Assembly (NCBI GenBank): GCA_028534125.1
Contig: CM052817.1
Location: 32,862,001-32,926,000, forward strand
Length of the DNA stretch: 64,000 nucleotides
Reading direction: 5' to 3'
Source of the DNA: Lama glama
Taxonomy: Eukaryota
The notes below the pieces were generated by a model. It was not told the DNA's origin, ran no database searches, and saw only the letters and a list, made by a program, of their open reading frames with translations. Shown piece after piece: positions 26,021 through 38,261 of this stretch. The position numbers were made by a program, and so were the translations under genes. Within the stretch, counting starts at the first letter, position 1; each line of letters starts with the position of its first letter.

Positions 26021-27329
26021 CAGAGCTTTAATGTCTTCTTTCATCTTGGAGGTAGAGTAACAGTGGTTCTTAGCAAGGCTGAAGAGATGGGGGATTGGGG
26101 CCTGAATCTCAGCTCTGTAGGATTACATGAGTTATTTCATGGAAAGTGGCATTTAGTGAAGTCTCAATAAGTTAGCTAATATCATTGTTATTATTAGTAT
26201 TTCAGGATACGATTCAAACTTGACAGAGAGCATGCAGGTTATACCAGGACTTCACAACACGGTGCCTCTCTTTCCAGCTTTGTCTCTGGCCACCGACCTT
26301 CTTGAACCCCAGGGGTTCCCCCAAGGTCACAGCTGTTGCACTCCTGTTTGTCTGCATACCTGACTCCCTTCCCTGAAACGTTTTCTCCTTTGACGGGCAA
26401 ATGCTGTTCATCCATCACACTTTGCCTGATCTGTCCCCACTGAGACCAGTACTTTGTTGCTCCCAGAGCCCAAGCACCTTTTTTATTTCACCAGATCTCT
26501 GACACAATCTATTTGCACCTGGGTCTACCTGCTGGGCTGGGAGCTCTTTGAGAGCTAGGCTCAGGACCTACTTACTGTAGCCTGGTGCTTGGTAGGTGCC
26601 TGGCATCTAGTAGATACTCAACAAAGTTTGCAGAATCCAATTGAATTGGTGTGGGGTTGGCTCAGTTAATAACCAAACATATTTCAAGAATTCACCTTCA
26701 TTTTCGGTAGTAGACTGGTTTAAGAGCATCTGCTATAGGCAATAGAAGAAAGGAAATTTGGCTCAGAATTCTGGTCTGGGTGTCTGACAATCCTGCTCAT
26801 GAGAACAGTACAAACCTTGAAAATGCACTTTTAATACAGGATGGTTAGAATGCCAGTTTCAATAGGCACCCACATGTAACTGATGCATTTAGATACAACC
26901 TAGCAAGAGAGCAGTAAATTTACTTTCTAAGGATTAAGTCTCCTGCCTTGCTGTATTTTAGGCTTTCAGGCTTCTCACAGGGTATAAACATCCCTCTATT
27001 AATTGAAAACAGTTCTGGTTAACATACACATCTCAATTTCAAAGCATTTTGTATTCCTGAACTATCCTTGAAAAATATATTCCTGCGGACATATGGCCAA
27101 CCTCCCATGTTATCTTAGGATCAGTGCTTGGCAGAGGGTTATTAAAAGGTAAATTCAAGAGAAAGTCTGTCTTATCCAAGGAAATAGGAAGGTCACTGCT
27201 GGAAAAGGACAGAGATCCCTCTTACAGAGGAGAAAACCAAGGCCCAGAAGACTGAGTGACTTCCCCAGATCACAGTGTTCTGGCAGAGGCCACATGGTGT
27301 GGGAAGGTCCTGAGTCAGACAGAAGTTGG

Positions 27330-27780
27330 AGGGGTGCAGGGCGAGGCAGGAGAGAGGGTCAGGGCTTGGGGGGCTGCCGTAAGGGGCTTGGACTGCATTC
27401 CCAGGTCAACGGGCAGTAGCTGAAGGGGTTCATTTGGGAGAATGCCAGGAGGTGACCCATGGTTTCAAATATGAAGACCACACTGCTGCTGGGAGGCGCA
27501 CAGCCAGCGGGAGGCTCTTGCGGTGGTGCTGGTGTGAGGTGGTGGCGGCCCAGGTGCCGGTGTGGCAGCACAGTTGAAAAGAACAGAATGGATTTGAGAT
27601 GCATTTTAGAATTAGAATCAAAAAGACTGGCTGTCGTGGGAGGTAAGGAAGAGGGAGGGTCAAGGATGACTTCTTCGTTTCTGGCTTGTGGGGATGAGGG
27701 GACTATTTTTGAGATGGGAAGAAATAAGGACAAGGAACTAGGAATTATTTTGGACGGGAGGTAAAGTGAGGCTTGGAATG
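27330..27780 (-). mobile_element. L2 LINE fragment
   Basis: gaatggatttgagatgcattttagaattagaatcaaaaagactgg...gagggagggtcaaggatgacttc, typical antisense L2. Confidence 0.75.
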
Positions 27781-28444
27781 GGAACAGCACAATAGATGTG
27801 GACTGCTCCGTGTCTGGAACAGAGTTACCACAGCGTGGTGGCAGTGATGTTTTTATCACTGCCGTCTTCACTACCACCCTAGCAGGGTTACTGAGGCCAA
27901 AGGGAGACATTGGAATTATGATGTAGCTGGTGCAATGGCTAGTTTGACTACACGGTGAGTAGCAAACACATTTATTGGTAAATTGATGCAAATGTCTTCA
28001 ACGTCAGTATAAATTGGCATTCAGAGAAATGACATTGATTCTGATGACTCCTATATGGTTGGTCGCAGCCTGCTTTGGATTATAGCTACTAATGATGATA
28101 GAGCTTGTACAGAATTTGTTAGTGAATTTTTGCACTCCTACCAAAGAGCTTTAATTTTCATAAATGAACAGCTGATCAGTATAAATACTGGCATTCCCGT
28201 TTGATAGCTTATTGTTTGGATGTTATTTATCCTTTCTCTAAAAATGAATACAGCTATAATAGAGTTCAAACGTGTCTTTCACTATTGGTAGAAACTGAAC
28301 ATCATCCTAGGAGAACATGCCTTTATTTTGTTTTCGAGCACCTTGATTTCTGGCCAGCCATGTGCTACCATACTCTTCTACTGCTCTCTGCTGTTCAAAA
28401 CGATGCAGCAGCCAGCTAAGTTTGCACACATAGCAGTTCACTGG

Positions 28445-28730
28445 GGAAGCGACTACTTTAGTCTCTCTATATATCATCTCAATTTATTTCAGGGAGATTT
28501 ACATGACAGAAATATTCAACATAATGATTCACGAGGGGCAATGAATATTTCTTAGGAAATCCATTTTCAAGGATTTCCATCGGGTACAATTTACCATCAT
28601 TACTCCCTACTCTCAGAGAAGGTATTTCTATCGAGTTCTAGTGTGAACTGCTTGATCCCTTGTTTTATTAGAAAGGCTTTTGACAATGTCATGGTTCAAA
28701 CTACACAAGATATTGTTCAATGCCTTTAAC
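28445..28730 (+). mobile_element. Highly decayed non-LTR reverse transcriptase fragment (RTE-X/L4-like?)
   Basis: The frame from 28451 gives ...QGFPSGTIYHHYSLLSEK...CFIRKAFDNV, resembling the LINE RT pattern GF..STIDHIFTL..L.EK...FID..KAFD.V; one in-frame stop upstream. Confidence 0.4.
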
Positions 28731-31700
28731 GTAAGACATGGATGCTTGATAGACAAGAGTCCACGAAAGTTCACAAGTGAAAAGGAATGGGCATGATAAC
28801 TCTGCCTAGCCACTCCAGGGCACCAGATCCTATAGAACCAAATTCAAATGTTCAGTATGTACATTTGTCATCTTCTATGCTTATAGAATTGGTTTTAAGG
28901 TTAGATATAATTAAAGCCACAGTACAGCAGAGATTTGCAGGAAGTAATATTTATGATTCTTCTTTTGTGTTAAATATTTTAAAGGGGGAAAAGCCAGATT
29001 TTAAAGCACCCAAAATAATTTAAAAATCATACTTCTGTGTGTGTAAATGTGCATGCAAACATTCAAAGGAGATGTATTTACTTTAGTTTAGTGAAAGCAA
29101 CTCAAATACTAAGATCTAATTTAAACTACTTGAACAACCTGTGCTTTCTAGGCAATTGCTATTTTTCTTTATCCACAGAATAAAGTGCCCTGTAAAGGGT
29201 CTATTCTCAGTTCTAATAACCAAAGTCTCAGTTTCTATGGTCTTTCAATTTGCCGATGCTAATGCACAGAACCCATCTAGATCATGGAAATGGTGACCTC
29301 TGCTGGGAAAATGAAGAGGAATCTGGAGCCTCAAACTCTCCTTTTCTCTGGTTTGGTTCCATTTCCTGGAACATGGAAAAAGAAACACTGACATTTGCTT
29401 CTGGGGTAAACCTCACATCCTGCCAGTAAACAGGCGCTCGTTAAGACTGATGCCCTATCTGATCTCGTCTACCCTGAAGAATTTAAATTTAGGCTTTTTG
29501 GTTGGACATCTGTTTTCCTAAGAGAAAGCTCACTCCAAATATTGACTTCGCACAGCTTTTTAACCAAGTAAATAGGATTGTGCATTTCCCACTTCTCTGC
29601 AGAGCAGCTGGAGTGATTTTGTGTCATGAAGGACGGCGTAGGGGGAATTCTGGACCTTTCAAAATGCGTGTCTCCGACCTCCTCATTGTTGCCTCTGCTG
29701 GGTTCCCAAACAGGAAGCCAGTGAAATGGGTTGTAAACATGACCCCAGTCGGTGAGCTACGTCAAAGGTACTTTCTGTAAAACTCTGACTTTGGGAGAGG
29801 AAGAGGCTGTGTTGGCTATATTCATATCGAAATGAAAGGGAGGAATATACAAAATATCAAAATCACTGACATAACAAGTTGGAGAATTCTGAGTGTTGGC
29901 TTGTCTCTAAGAGCGCCTTTTTGTGCTGCTCTACAAAATGATGACCTCAATGGTGTGTCACAAAGCCACCATTGTCAAGGGTGTCCTGCAAACACGGTTG
30001 TGAAGATCCAACCCACTTTTAATTCTGATCGGGGAAACAAAAGAGCCGAAAGGTGATGGACACTGGAATCGAATGCTTTCCAATGAGACTAGCCTTATAC
30101 AGGAGTCTGCAACTTACAAAGGTTTAAGTTGCTCTGAAACCAAGGTCCTTTGAGGCTGTCTATGACCTAAGAGTGACCATTACATGATAGAATGGGAAAT
30201 GGCTTGTAAGCTATGAGTCCAAAATGGGTCTAAGTAATTCTTCTGGTTGAATCATCAGTGACAAACCCTCAGGTCAGCAGAGGCCTAAAATCATCTGTGA
30301 TCCTGAGAGTGGGAGAGGGGCACACAGAGCTTGTGCAACATGTCACCTCAGTCCAAATACTTATTTGGAGTCCTCTGTCCCTCGTGAGCCATCTTAGACT
30401 TTTCAAAATCACTTTAATGAAATGCAGCTGGATTTGGTACCCTTCCCAATCATGTAGAAGATGGGAAAAATGATTTTGCTTCCTTGCCTACACCTTTTAT
30501 GAGCGAAAGTGTGAAGGAACTATTGGAACCTTCTGAAACTTATTAAGCTGAATTGTGTCGCCAGAAACACATTTATAGCTTTAAAAAAAAAAAGCTAGGG
30601 GGATTTTCAGCAGGGCATGGGGATTTCAAGACACAACTCTCTCATTTAATTGGCAGCCAGACAGCGATGTCTCAGACAACTTAAGTTTTAAAATTTCTCT
30701 TGGGGTTTTAAGGGTACTGATGATAAAATCCTTATTTAATATTGTTCGGCTCTGTGACTGCTCCCTGGCAGCAGGGGTAATCTTCACTCGATTCCCACCC
30801 GGCCCTGGAGGGCTGGGCATAATATTAAGCATGTGTTTATGAAAACATATGAACATACTCAGCATTGTTCTGAGTATAGTTTTAGGACCTTTCCACTGCA
30901 GCAAAGTCATTTTGGTTATTTCCAATAAATATTTATTTCATTTGGCATGGTGCTTAGCTCCATATTTTATTAATTAGCCTCCTGTTTCATCCTAAACACT
31001 AAAATGGAAGCCTTTTAAGTTACTGAGGATCCCAAATTCATTTATAATAAAATGCTAATATCATCTTTGTGACTGGGGATTTTGGTGTTGATAAATCTGA
31101 GGGTGTTTTTTGGAACGGTGTCTAGTGAAAATTCTAGCAGAATCTTACCAAACCATGGCAGTTTTATTCGATTAAGGAACCCACCCTCAAAGGTGTCTGG
31201 AAATTTTCCTTTAGAAGATTTCAAAAGGCCAGATGCAAATATTTTTGCATTTCAAAAAAAAAAAACGTGTTCAGGAACACAAACATCATTGTTTATGATT
31301 TTAGAAGACTCAAGCATCTGTCTGGAATTCTGGGTCAGAGTTAGCAGGTTAGTGTGGAGTCAGGTTTTAAAAAGTTTCTCCAAATATGTTAACAGATGAC
31401 ACTCTGCAGTTTCAGCTATGTTCACCCATTCTAGAACAAAGCCCAAAACACACTTGGGAATTTCCAATCAGATCAGACAAACACTAGAGAGCACGAGCTG
31501 GGACTGGAATTGTTTTAAATGTTGAAGTGATCACCAAGAAATAATTTCTCATTAGACACGAATGGGTAGAAGTGGAGCACAGGTCCTCTCAATGTCCCTC
31601 TTTGCTCTTGTCCCTGCCTGACATCAGGCAAGGAGTGCAGGCACGCTAGCTTGCTCTAGCCGCCCCCCCCTTGGATTTGGTGTGTGTCTGAGGCTGGAGG

Positions 31701-32149
31701 CGGAACCCAGTCTCCTCCTTCACAGCTGTCCCCCTCTGCATCCTGGAGGGGGTACCACCCTCCCCTCTTCCTCTCCTTCTCGCAGGCAATTTAGAGAAGA
31801 AAAAGTACAAAGTCCTTTTTAAAGTTGCTGATCACACGGAAGGTTTTCCAAATTCTTGGGCTTTCTACTTTATGTATCAAGGGAAGGTTTGATGATCTGA
31901 ATCGAACTCTGGAATTCTGTGGTTGATAATGATGGCTCGAGTTCCAGGGTGACTCTCTGAGTTTATGGTATGAGTTAGTAAGTATTCTCTCAGCAACCAC
32001 TGTGTGCTGGATACCGCAGGGAATGCAAAGTAATCGCCATTCGTCATATCGGGGAGCTCAGGATCTAGTCATGGGATGATAAAAGTCCCTAAGTTTTAGT
32101 ATTTCAAAACTCCAAGGTGGAATTCAGCATCAGTGGTGAGGCAGGGGAA

Positions 32150-32231
32150 ACGTCTGAGCCAAATGAAGTTGCCAGCATTTGAACATTTTTCTAGTCAGAA
32201 AAATCAGAATTTCATATGGCTCAACCCAATA
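32150..32231. mobile_element. MADE2-like mariner-derived MITE (~80 bp)
   Basis: Imperfect inverted ends TGAGCCAAATGAAGTT and AATTTCATATGGCTCA, ending ...acccaata; matches the recalled MADE2 structure. Confidence 0.7.
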
Positions 32232-32440
32232 CTTGGTGAGAATTTAGAGCTTGATACATAACGCTTTGTAACTTACCTGCAGATTCACAATAGTTTGAAA
32301 GGATTTTAAAATGAATGATTAGGTACCACTTCCCTTCTCCCTTCATTGTTCCGTGATATGTTTTTCTAAAACACAGATGAGCAAACTCATTTTCAAATGG
32401 CCATCCCTTTCTTCACAAACCTTCCTCTTCAAGACAACAC

Positions 32441-32651
32441 AGACAAACTACTATATATAAAATAGATAAACAAGATCCTACTGTATAGGGAACTACATTC
32501 AATATCTTGTAGTAACCTATAATGAAAAAGAATATGAAAAAGAATATATATATGCATAAGTGAATCACTATGCTGCACACCAGAAACTAAAACAACACTG
32601 TAAATCAACTATACTTCAAGAAGTAAAAAGTTTTAAATTAAAGAAAAAAAA
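32441..32651 (+). mobile_element. 5'-truncated cetartiodactyl-type L1 3' end
   Basis: ctactatatataaaatagataaacaag...ctactgtataggg...tgctgcacaccagaaact...tcaactatacttcaa plus an A tail; perfect 10-bp TSD AAGACAACAC at 32431-32440 and 32652-32661. Confidence 0.9.
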
Positions 32652-33039
32652 AAGACAACACTGGGAGATCTTGCTCTCCCTTTCCTCTCTCTTTCTCGCT
32701 CGCTCTCTCTCTCTCTCTTTTTAAAAAAATCTCCAGTGCACAAGTTTCTCTAGAATTTCTCTTTAAACACAGCTCATGGAAAGGTGAGCCATCTCATCCA
32801 AGGAGGGGAACCTACCAAAATCGGGGGCTGGCAACTGCCAATATCATCAGAGCTTCTTGTAAGTCAGAATAACTGATAGGTTCTTTGCTGAACCAACTGA
32901 GCCTTAGTATTTCTGCTCAGATTCACTTATCTCTGTCTTTTCATTTACTTGAGTTATTCTCTGCACTTTCTGCATTGTTAACTGAGAAGGTGGGGGCACA
33001 CACAACTACCTGTTTCTATAAAAATAATAAACACCACGA

Positions 33040-33667
33040 TGTAGTTCCCTCTCATCCCACAGACCAGCTGGAAGAGCTGGCATAGCATTTCCCCACATTG
33101 AAGGCACCGCAGGTGTCCACAAGGGACATGGGTGTCTCAAAAGCCCCTACCAAAGTGCACGTAAGAGAAAGAGCAGGTTGAGACAGTTGCCACGACCAGA
33201 GGATGTCATGCCAGCTCGTTACAGTGTCAGGAGGGTTAGAGCTTTCCTACCACCCCCACCCCCTCCTTTCCTATCTCTCTAACCTTGCAGGGGTTGGAAA
33301 CTGCAGCTTATCAGCTATGGGAGGAGGAGGAGGAGGAGGAAACTTACATGAGGGAAGGGAGAGGCAGCTGGTCACACCTCCCTTCTTCAACTGTAGCAGC
33401 CAGAAGCTGGGAGAGAGAGAATGCCTTAACTTTAAATCAAGCTTGACGTCTTGATATTACACGGGGTTAGATGTATAAATTACTAAACTGAGACTGCTTG
33501 TATTTCCTAAGGGTGACCAGAAAAGTTATGGACTTGCCCAAATATTCAACCAAAAATAGGGGAAGAACTAGACCCCACTGAAAAATTTAAAGTAACATTG
33601 AGAAATGAAATAAGATTGCTTTATGATCTGACCTCATGAGCCAGGCTTACCCAGTGTACTAGTTACA
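33040..33667 (+). mobile_element. Ancient Gypsy-type LTR (MamGypLTR1-like)
   Basis: tttaaatcaag...aattactaaactgagactg...gtgaccagaaaagttatgg...attgctttatgat...tagttaca resembles the recalled MamGypLTR 3' half; 5' boundary uncertain. Confidence 0.6.
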
Positions 33668-34149
33668 TGATTTAGGAGGCCTATGTGATCTGGGGCTCTC
33701 GTGAGGATTTAAGTTCAGACGATAGAGTCCAGGAGGGAATGACTGCTGCTAATTCTCAGGTTTTTCAACATCAAAAAAATCAAGCTTCAACCTATATAGC
33801 ACTTGGTTTTATAGTTCCATTTCTCCTTATCTCTTACCTTAACCTGAAGATATAGATTAAGACATCTTTGGAGGGATGCTGAACTCCCATTTTAATAGCA
33901 TTTCATGACGTCTGTGGCTGAAGTTATTCCATTTCTGTACTCATGTCCATTTAGGCACACTGACCCAGAGGCAACAGAAGAATACATTTCCTTTTACTAC
34001 ATGAGACTTTGACTCCAGCATGCTTTTCATGTGATGATTTTCCTTCTCTTCCTTGACTTAATCTTGCCTCCCTGTTCCCCCCTTTTCTTGCTAATGCAGT
34101 GATGCTTTTTCTTGACTATAAAGATGTACATCACTAGTTTCTGTTGCAG

Positions 34150-34370
34150 GAAAACAATAATAGTTAAAATTTATTGACATCTACTTGTTCCAAATGCTTT
34201 ATGTACTTTCTCTCTAATAGTTCTAATAATCCTGGAGGAAAAGTAGCAGTATCCCCATTTTACAGGGGGAGGAAATGGAATTTCAGAGAGGCCGAGCTAG
34301 CTGTTCCAGTTAATAAAGTGAACACACCAGGGAGCCTGGACTCTCACTGGAGTGTGTCCAGGCCCTAGGC
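34150..34370 (-). mobile_element. MIR SINE
   Basis: aataatagttaaaatttattgac...tatccccattttacagggggaggaaatgg...cagagagg. Confidence 0.75.
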
Positions 34371-34940
34371 TCACTTGCTTCTGGAAGATGATCATCATTG
34401 TAAGAACAGAACAGGAAAACTGATCACGTTCCTAGTTCTGCGAATGATTTAAGGATTATTTGGTTAGTCCTTTAATCTCTTTTGGAGAAATAAAAACCAT
34501 GTTATACTCATCTGTTTATCTAAAGGGGAGGTTATGAGACAGATATGCCACTACTGATAGAGCACACTAAGAAGTGATGTAAACAGTCTTACTGACAGTG
34601 TAACTTCAGTTCTGTCTTTATGCACACTATAATTTCCTTTATAGTATTATATTATATTGTGTTACATTATATCATATTATCTCAGCACTTGAATGCTATA
34701 ACTGAGGAGTTCAACCTATGATAAAGATATGCTATAAGCTTCCCTAGTATGTCTATTTCAAATATAACGTAAAAAAAAAGGATAAAACAGTGATGGAATG
34801 CTTACAGTGGTGACTTCAGAGGAGCTCAATAATTTCTATCAGAAAAAACATTTGCTCCTTTGTTTATATAAAATAGATGTAATCTGTGTTTTCCATTTCT
34901 TCATTGAATTATATTCATCCCCACTCTCTCCATTTCTTTT

Positions 34941-35047
34941 TTCTCTTCTACCCTGCCCTTAACGGAGGTACTGGGGATTGAACTCAGAACCTCATGCATG
35001 CCAAGCATGCGCTCTACCACGGAGCTACACTCCCACCCCCTCTTTTC
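34941..35047 (-). mobile_element. tRNA-derived SINE (vic-1-like), copy 4, alternative-tail form
   Basis: ccctgcccttaacggaggtactggggattgaactcag...ctctaccacggagctacac; 11-bp TSD CCATTTCTTTT at 34930-34940 and 35048-35058. Confidence 0.88.
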
Positions 35048-35746
35048 CCATTTCTTTTATTCTATTTTCTTCCCAATCCTCCTGAAGCATTTTGTTTATT
35101 CAAAATTTGGCCTGATTGTTGGTGGACAATGACTCCTCTTTCTCTGCACTCTCCTTCCCCTCACCCTCGATGCCCCCTCCCTACCCTCTCTGTTGGTGGT
35201 TTCCTCACCTCCCTTTACGTTTTCCTTCTCTGACGTCCCTCCTCCATCTTTACGGTTAACGTTCTGGCATCAGCCCCCTCCCTCCCTCTCATCTTTCATG
35301 CCTCTTTCAACTTTTCCTCATTATTGCTGCATTTATAAATAGCCTCCAAGTAATCTATCATTCATCCACACACCCTCAGATAATCTCTTGACGCATCTCA
35401 CAGACAGTAGTCAGCTGCAGCAGGAAAACTTGCCATGCCCATTTATTATCCTCTGAGAAGGCGTGCTGAAGCAGGGGTCAAAACTCAGAGACAGCCTACC
35501 TGACTCCGCCGCTCCTGAAGGAGCAACCGGCGATAGTTAATAAGAAAGCTGTATTCTTACATCTGTAAGGATGACTGCCACTGTTTCTAAAGAGACAAAG
35601 CTGCTACAGATCTATACAAGGCCCTGAATGACAGCGAGCCCTGTATGCCCAATGTGTTTTGTCAGTTTTATCACTACAAATAATAACAACTTATGCACTT
35701 AAATGGACCAGCCCTGTTTTAATTATTGAAAATGAATGATCAAATT

Positions 35747-35820
35747 CAGGGCTCTCCACACAGTTGTGCAGTTTGTGCACTGAACTGAGGAGTCCAGCAG
35801 AGGGGGGAGCTGAGGCTGCT
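35747..35820 (+). mobile_element. MER91-like hAT-Tip100 fragment
   Basis: cagggctctccacacagttgtgcagtttgtgcactg matches the recalled MER91 5' end. Confidence 0.55.
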
Positions 35821-37761
35821 TGTCAAATTGTAGGTCGAAGCTATCATTATTCCAGTTTTCAGATGAAGAAAATGAGGCACAGATGGGTGAAGCCACTTGC
35901 CTGAGTTGAAGAACTACGTAAATTACAAAGTTAAAACAGGACCTTTAATACATATTGATCAATATACACTCTACTGCCCGTTATGCGATTCCCTTACTAC
36001 ACAGTAAGCAGACTGAGGGCAGGCACTGGGTCCGTCTTGTTCATCCTGTAGCTACTATTTTTGGAATGAATGAAAAAAGAAACGGTAAAAGTCATGAAAT
36101 ACCGAAAGGGTTGGTTTTTCCAACAAGAGACATACAGTGATCTTGAAGAAAATGCCCAGTGTTTTAACTCTTGAGCATTAGTCCTATCTTTACTTCAGAA
36201 CAGGGCTGAGGTGGCAGGGAGAGTGTGGGAGGGCCCGGACACATGCATGCATGTGAGCTAGGAGCAGACGTGGCCACAGGGGACCAATGCAAGGCAGGCC
36301 CCTGGTGTGCAGAGTTGGGATGTCCTGCTGACCAGGGGTGGGGTGTGGGCTAGAGGAGGGAGGGAGGCCTGGCACAGGGTACTGGAGGGCATTCTGGGGG
36401 CTGAGTAGATCTGGCCCACAGGAAAGCTTGTTTATAGGCAATACAATATATAGGAGATTCAGGTTGAGTTAAATCATGAGATACATGGTTGCTGTCCAGT
36501 GTGCTTAGGGAGAGGCAAGTGCAGTAACAATGGCACCTGTGCATTAAATACTCATGTGTCCGTGTTGTGGGTGTTATGTCATTTCATCCTCACCAGAACC
36601 TCTGGGATTGGTACTACTGTTCCTCTCATTTCAAGATAAGGTAAACTGAAGCTAGGTAAGTCATCAAGGTTTTGAGGACAGCAAAAGGCAGATTCTGGAT
36701 TCATTCCCAGATCAACTAATTTCAGAGTCTACATTCTTTCCCTTTCCCTTTGGAGGACACATTGGGGCTCAAGGGGAGACCCTCTGGGGTCAGGGTTCCA
36801 GTGGAGAGCTCCTACCAGCAAGAAGACTAGGGACAGGATGGAAGGTCCCTGAGCCTAGAGCACCGGGAAAACCACACAGGTTTTTGAGGATGTCCTCAGC
36901 CTTGGAGAACAAGACTGGTACCCAGAGATAAAACTTTGGTTACAACCAGGGGAGAGGAGCTGATCATCAGAAACAGATTAAGAGCCTGATTACTACTTTC
37001 TCACATCTGAGCAGAACCAGCCTCAAGGTCACCTGGCTTTTTTCCACCCAACTGCCAAGTGAGGGACGTGTGTTTAATCCTCTCAGGTTCTGGAACCTGG
37101 GGTGGAATTGAAGCTGTGGAAATAAGAGTCCTGGGCTGGTAGGAAGTCATTCTGGCATAAAAATGTTGAGTTCAGATGGTTCTATCTGCCAGTATTTGTC
37201 CTGAAGCTATCTCAAATCCTTCTGGAATGAGGCAGGGTATGAACTTAAAAAATGTACATGTCTGTACAGAGGATACATTTCCCCAAGCAGCCGTAAAAAG
37301 TGTGTGTATTTTTCTTAAGTATGTTTCTTTTCTTTAATTGTGTCTTTTATTTATATGTTGCAACTAAATCATCAAAATAATTTTGGTGGCTCAATGCACG
37401 TCTAAAAGCAGCTCTGTGTTTTGGCCTCAAGTGTGTTTATAGGCTTTGTGTAATTTTTTACATATGCTGTTTCTCTCCTCAAAATAACGGCCTCAAGGCA
37501 ACTGCAGAAACAGAGACGGTTGCAAGGGGCTGGTACACACGGGTGGTTTGGTGAAAACAAAATGCCATGCTGCACAGGCCGGGGACAAGTGGGCAATCTT
37601 GCTGGATTTCCACCCAAATTTCCAAACTGCAATGGTAGAAATGGCCATAAAATTAACTGACATCACTTAAACTCTCTAGGATGGGTACTTTTCTCTTGAC
37701 GCTAAAATTATTCATAGAGGGCTTTGTACTTGACAACAAACACCCTCAAAAAAAAAAAAAA

Positions 37762-38261
37762 NNNNNNNNNNNNNNNNNNNNNNNNNNNNNNNNNNNNNNN
37801 NNNNNNNNNNNNNNNNNNNNNNNNNNNNNNNNNNNNNNNNNNNNNNNNNNNNNNNNNNNNNNNNNNNNNNNNNNNNNNNNNNNNNNNNNNNNNNNNNNNN
37901 NNNNNNNNNNNNNNNNNNNNNNNNNNNNNNNNNNNNNNNNNNNNNNNNNNNNNNNNNNNNNNNNNNNNNNNNNNNNNNNNNNNNNNNNNNNNNNNNNNNN
38001 NNNNNNNNNNNNNNNNNNNNNNNNNNNNNNNNNNNNNNNNNNNNNNNNNNNNNNNNNNNNNNNNNNNNNNNNNNNNNNNNNNNNNNNNNNNNNNNNNNNN
38101 NNNNNNNNNNNNNNNNNNNNNNNNNNNNNNNNNNNNNNNNNNNNNNNNNNNNNNNNNNNNNNNNNNNNNNNNNNNNNNNNNNNNNNNNNNNNNNNNNNNN
38201 NNNNNNNNNNNNNNNNNNNNNNNNNNNNNNNNNNNNNNNNNNNNNNNNNNNNNNNNNNNNN
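37762..38261. other. Assembly gap (500 N)
   Basis: Exactly 500 N, preceded by a poly-A run. Confidence 1.

Noticed and set aside
27359..27991. 210-aa minus-strand ORF
   Set aside because: Largely overlaps a decayed L2 element; repeat-derived, no evidence of a host gene.
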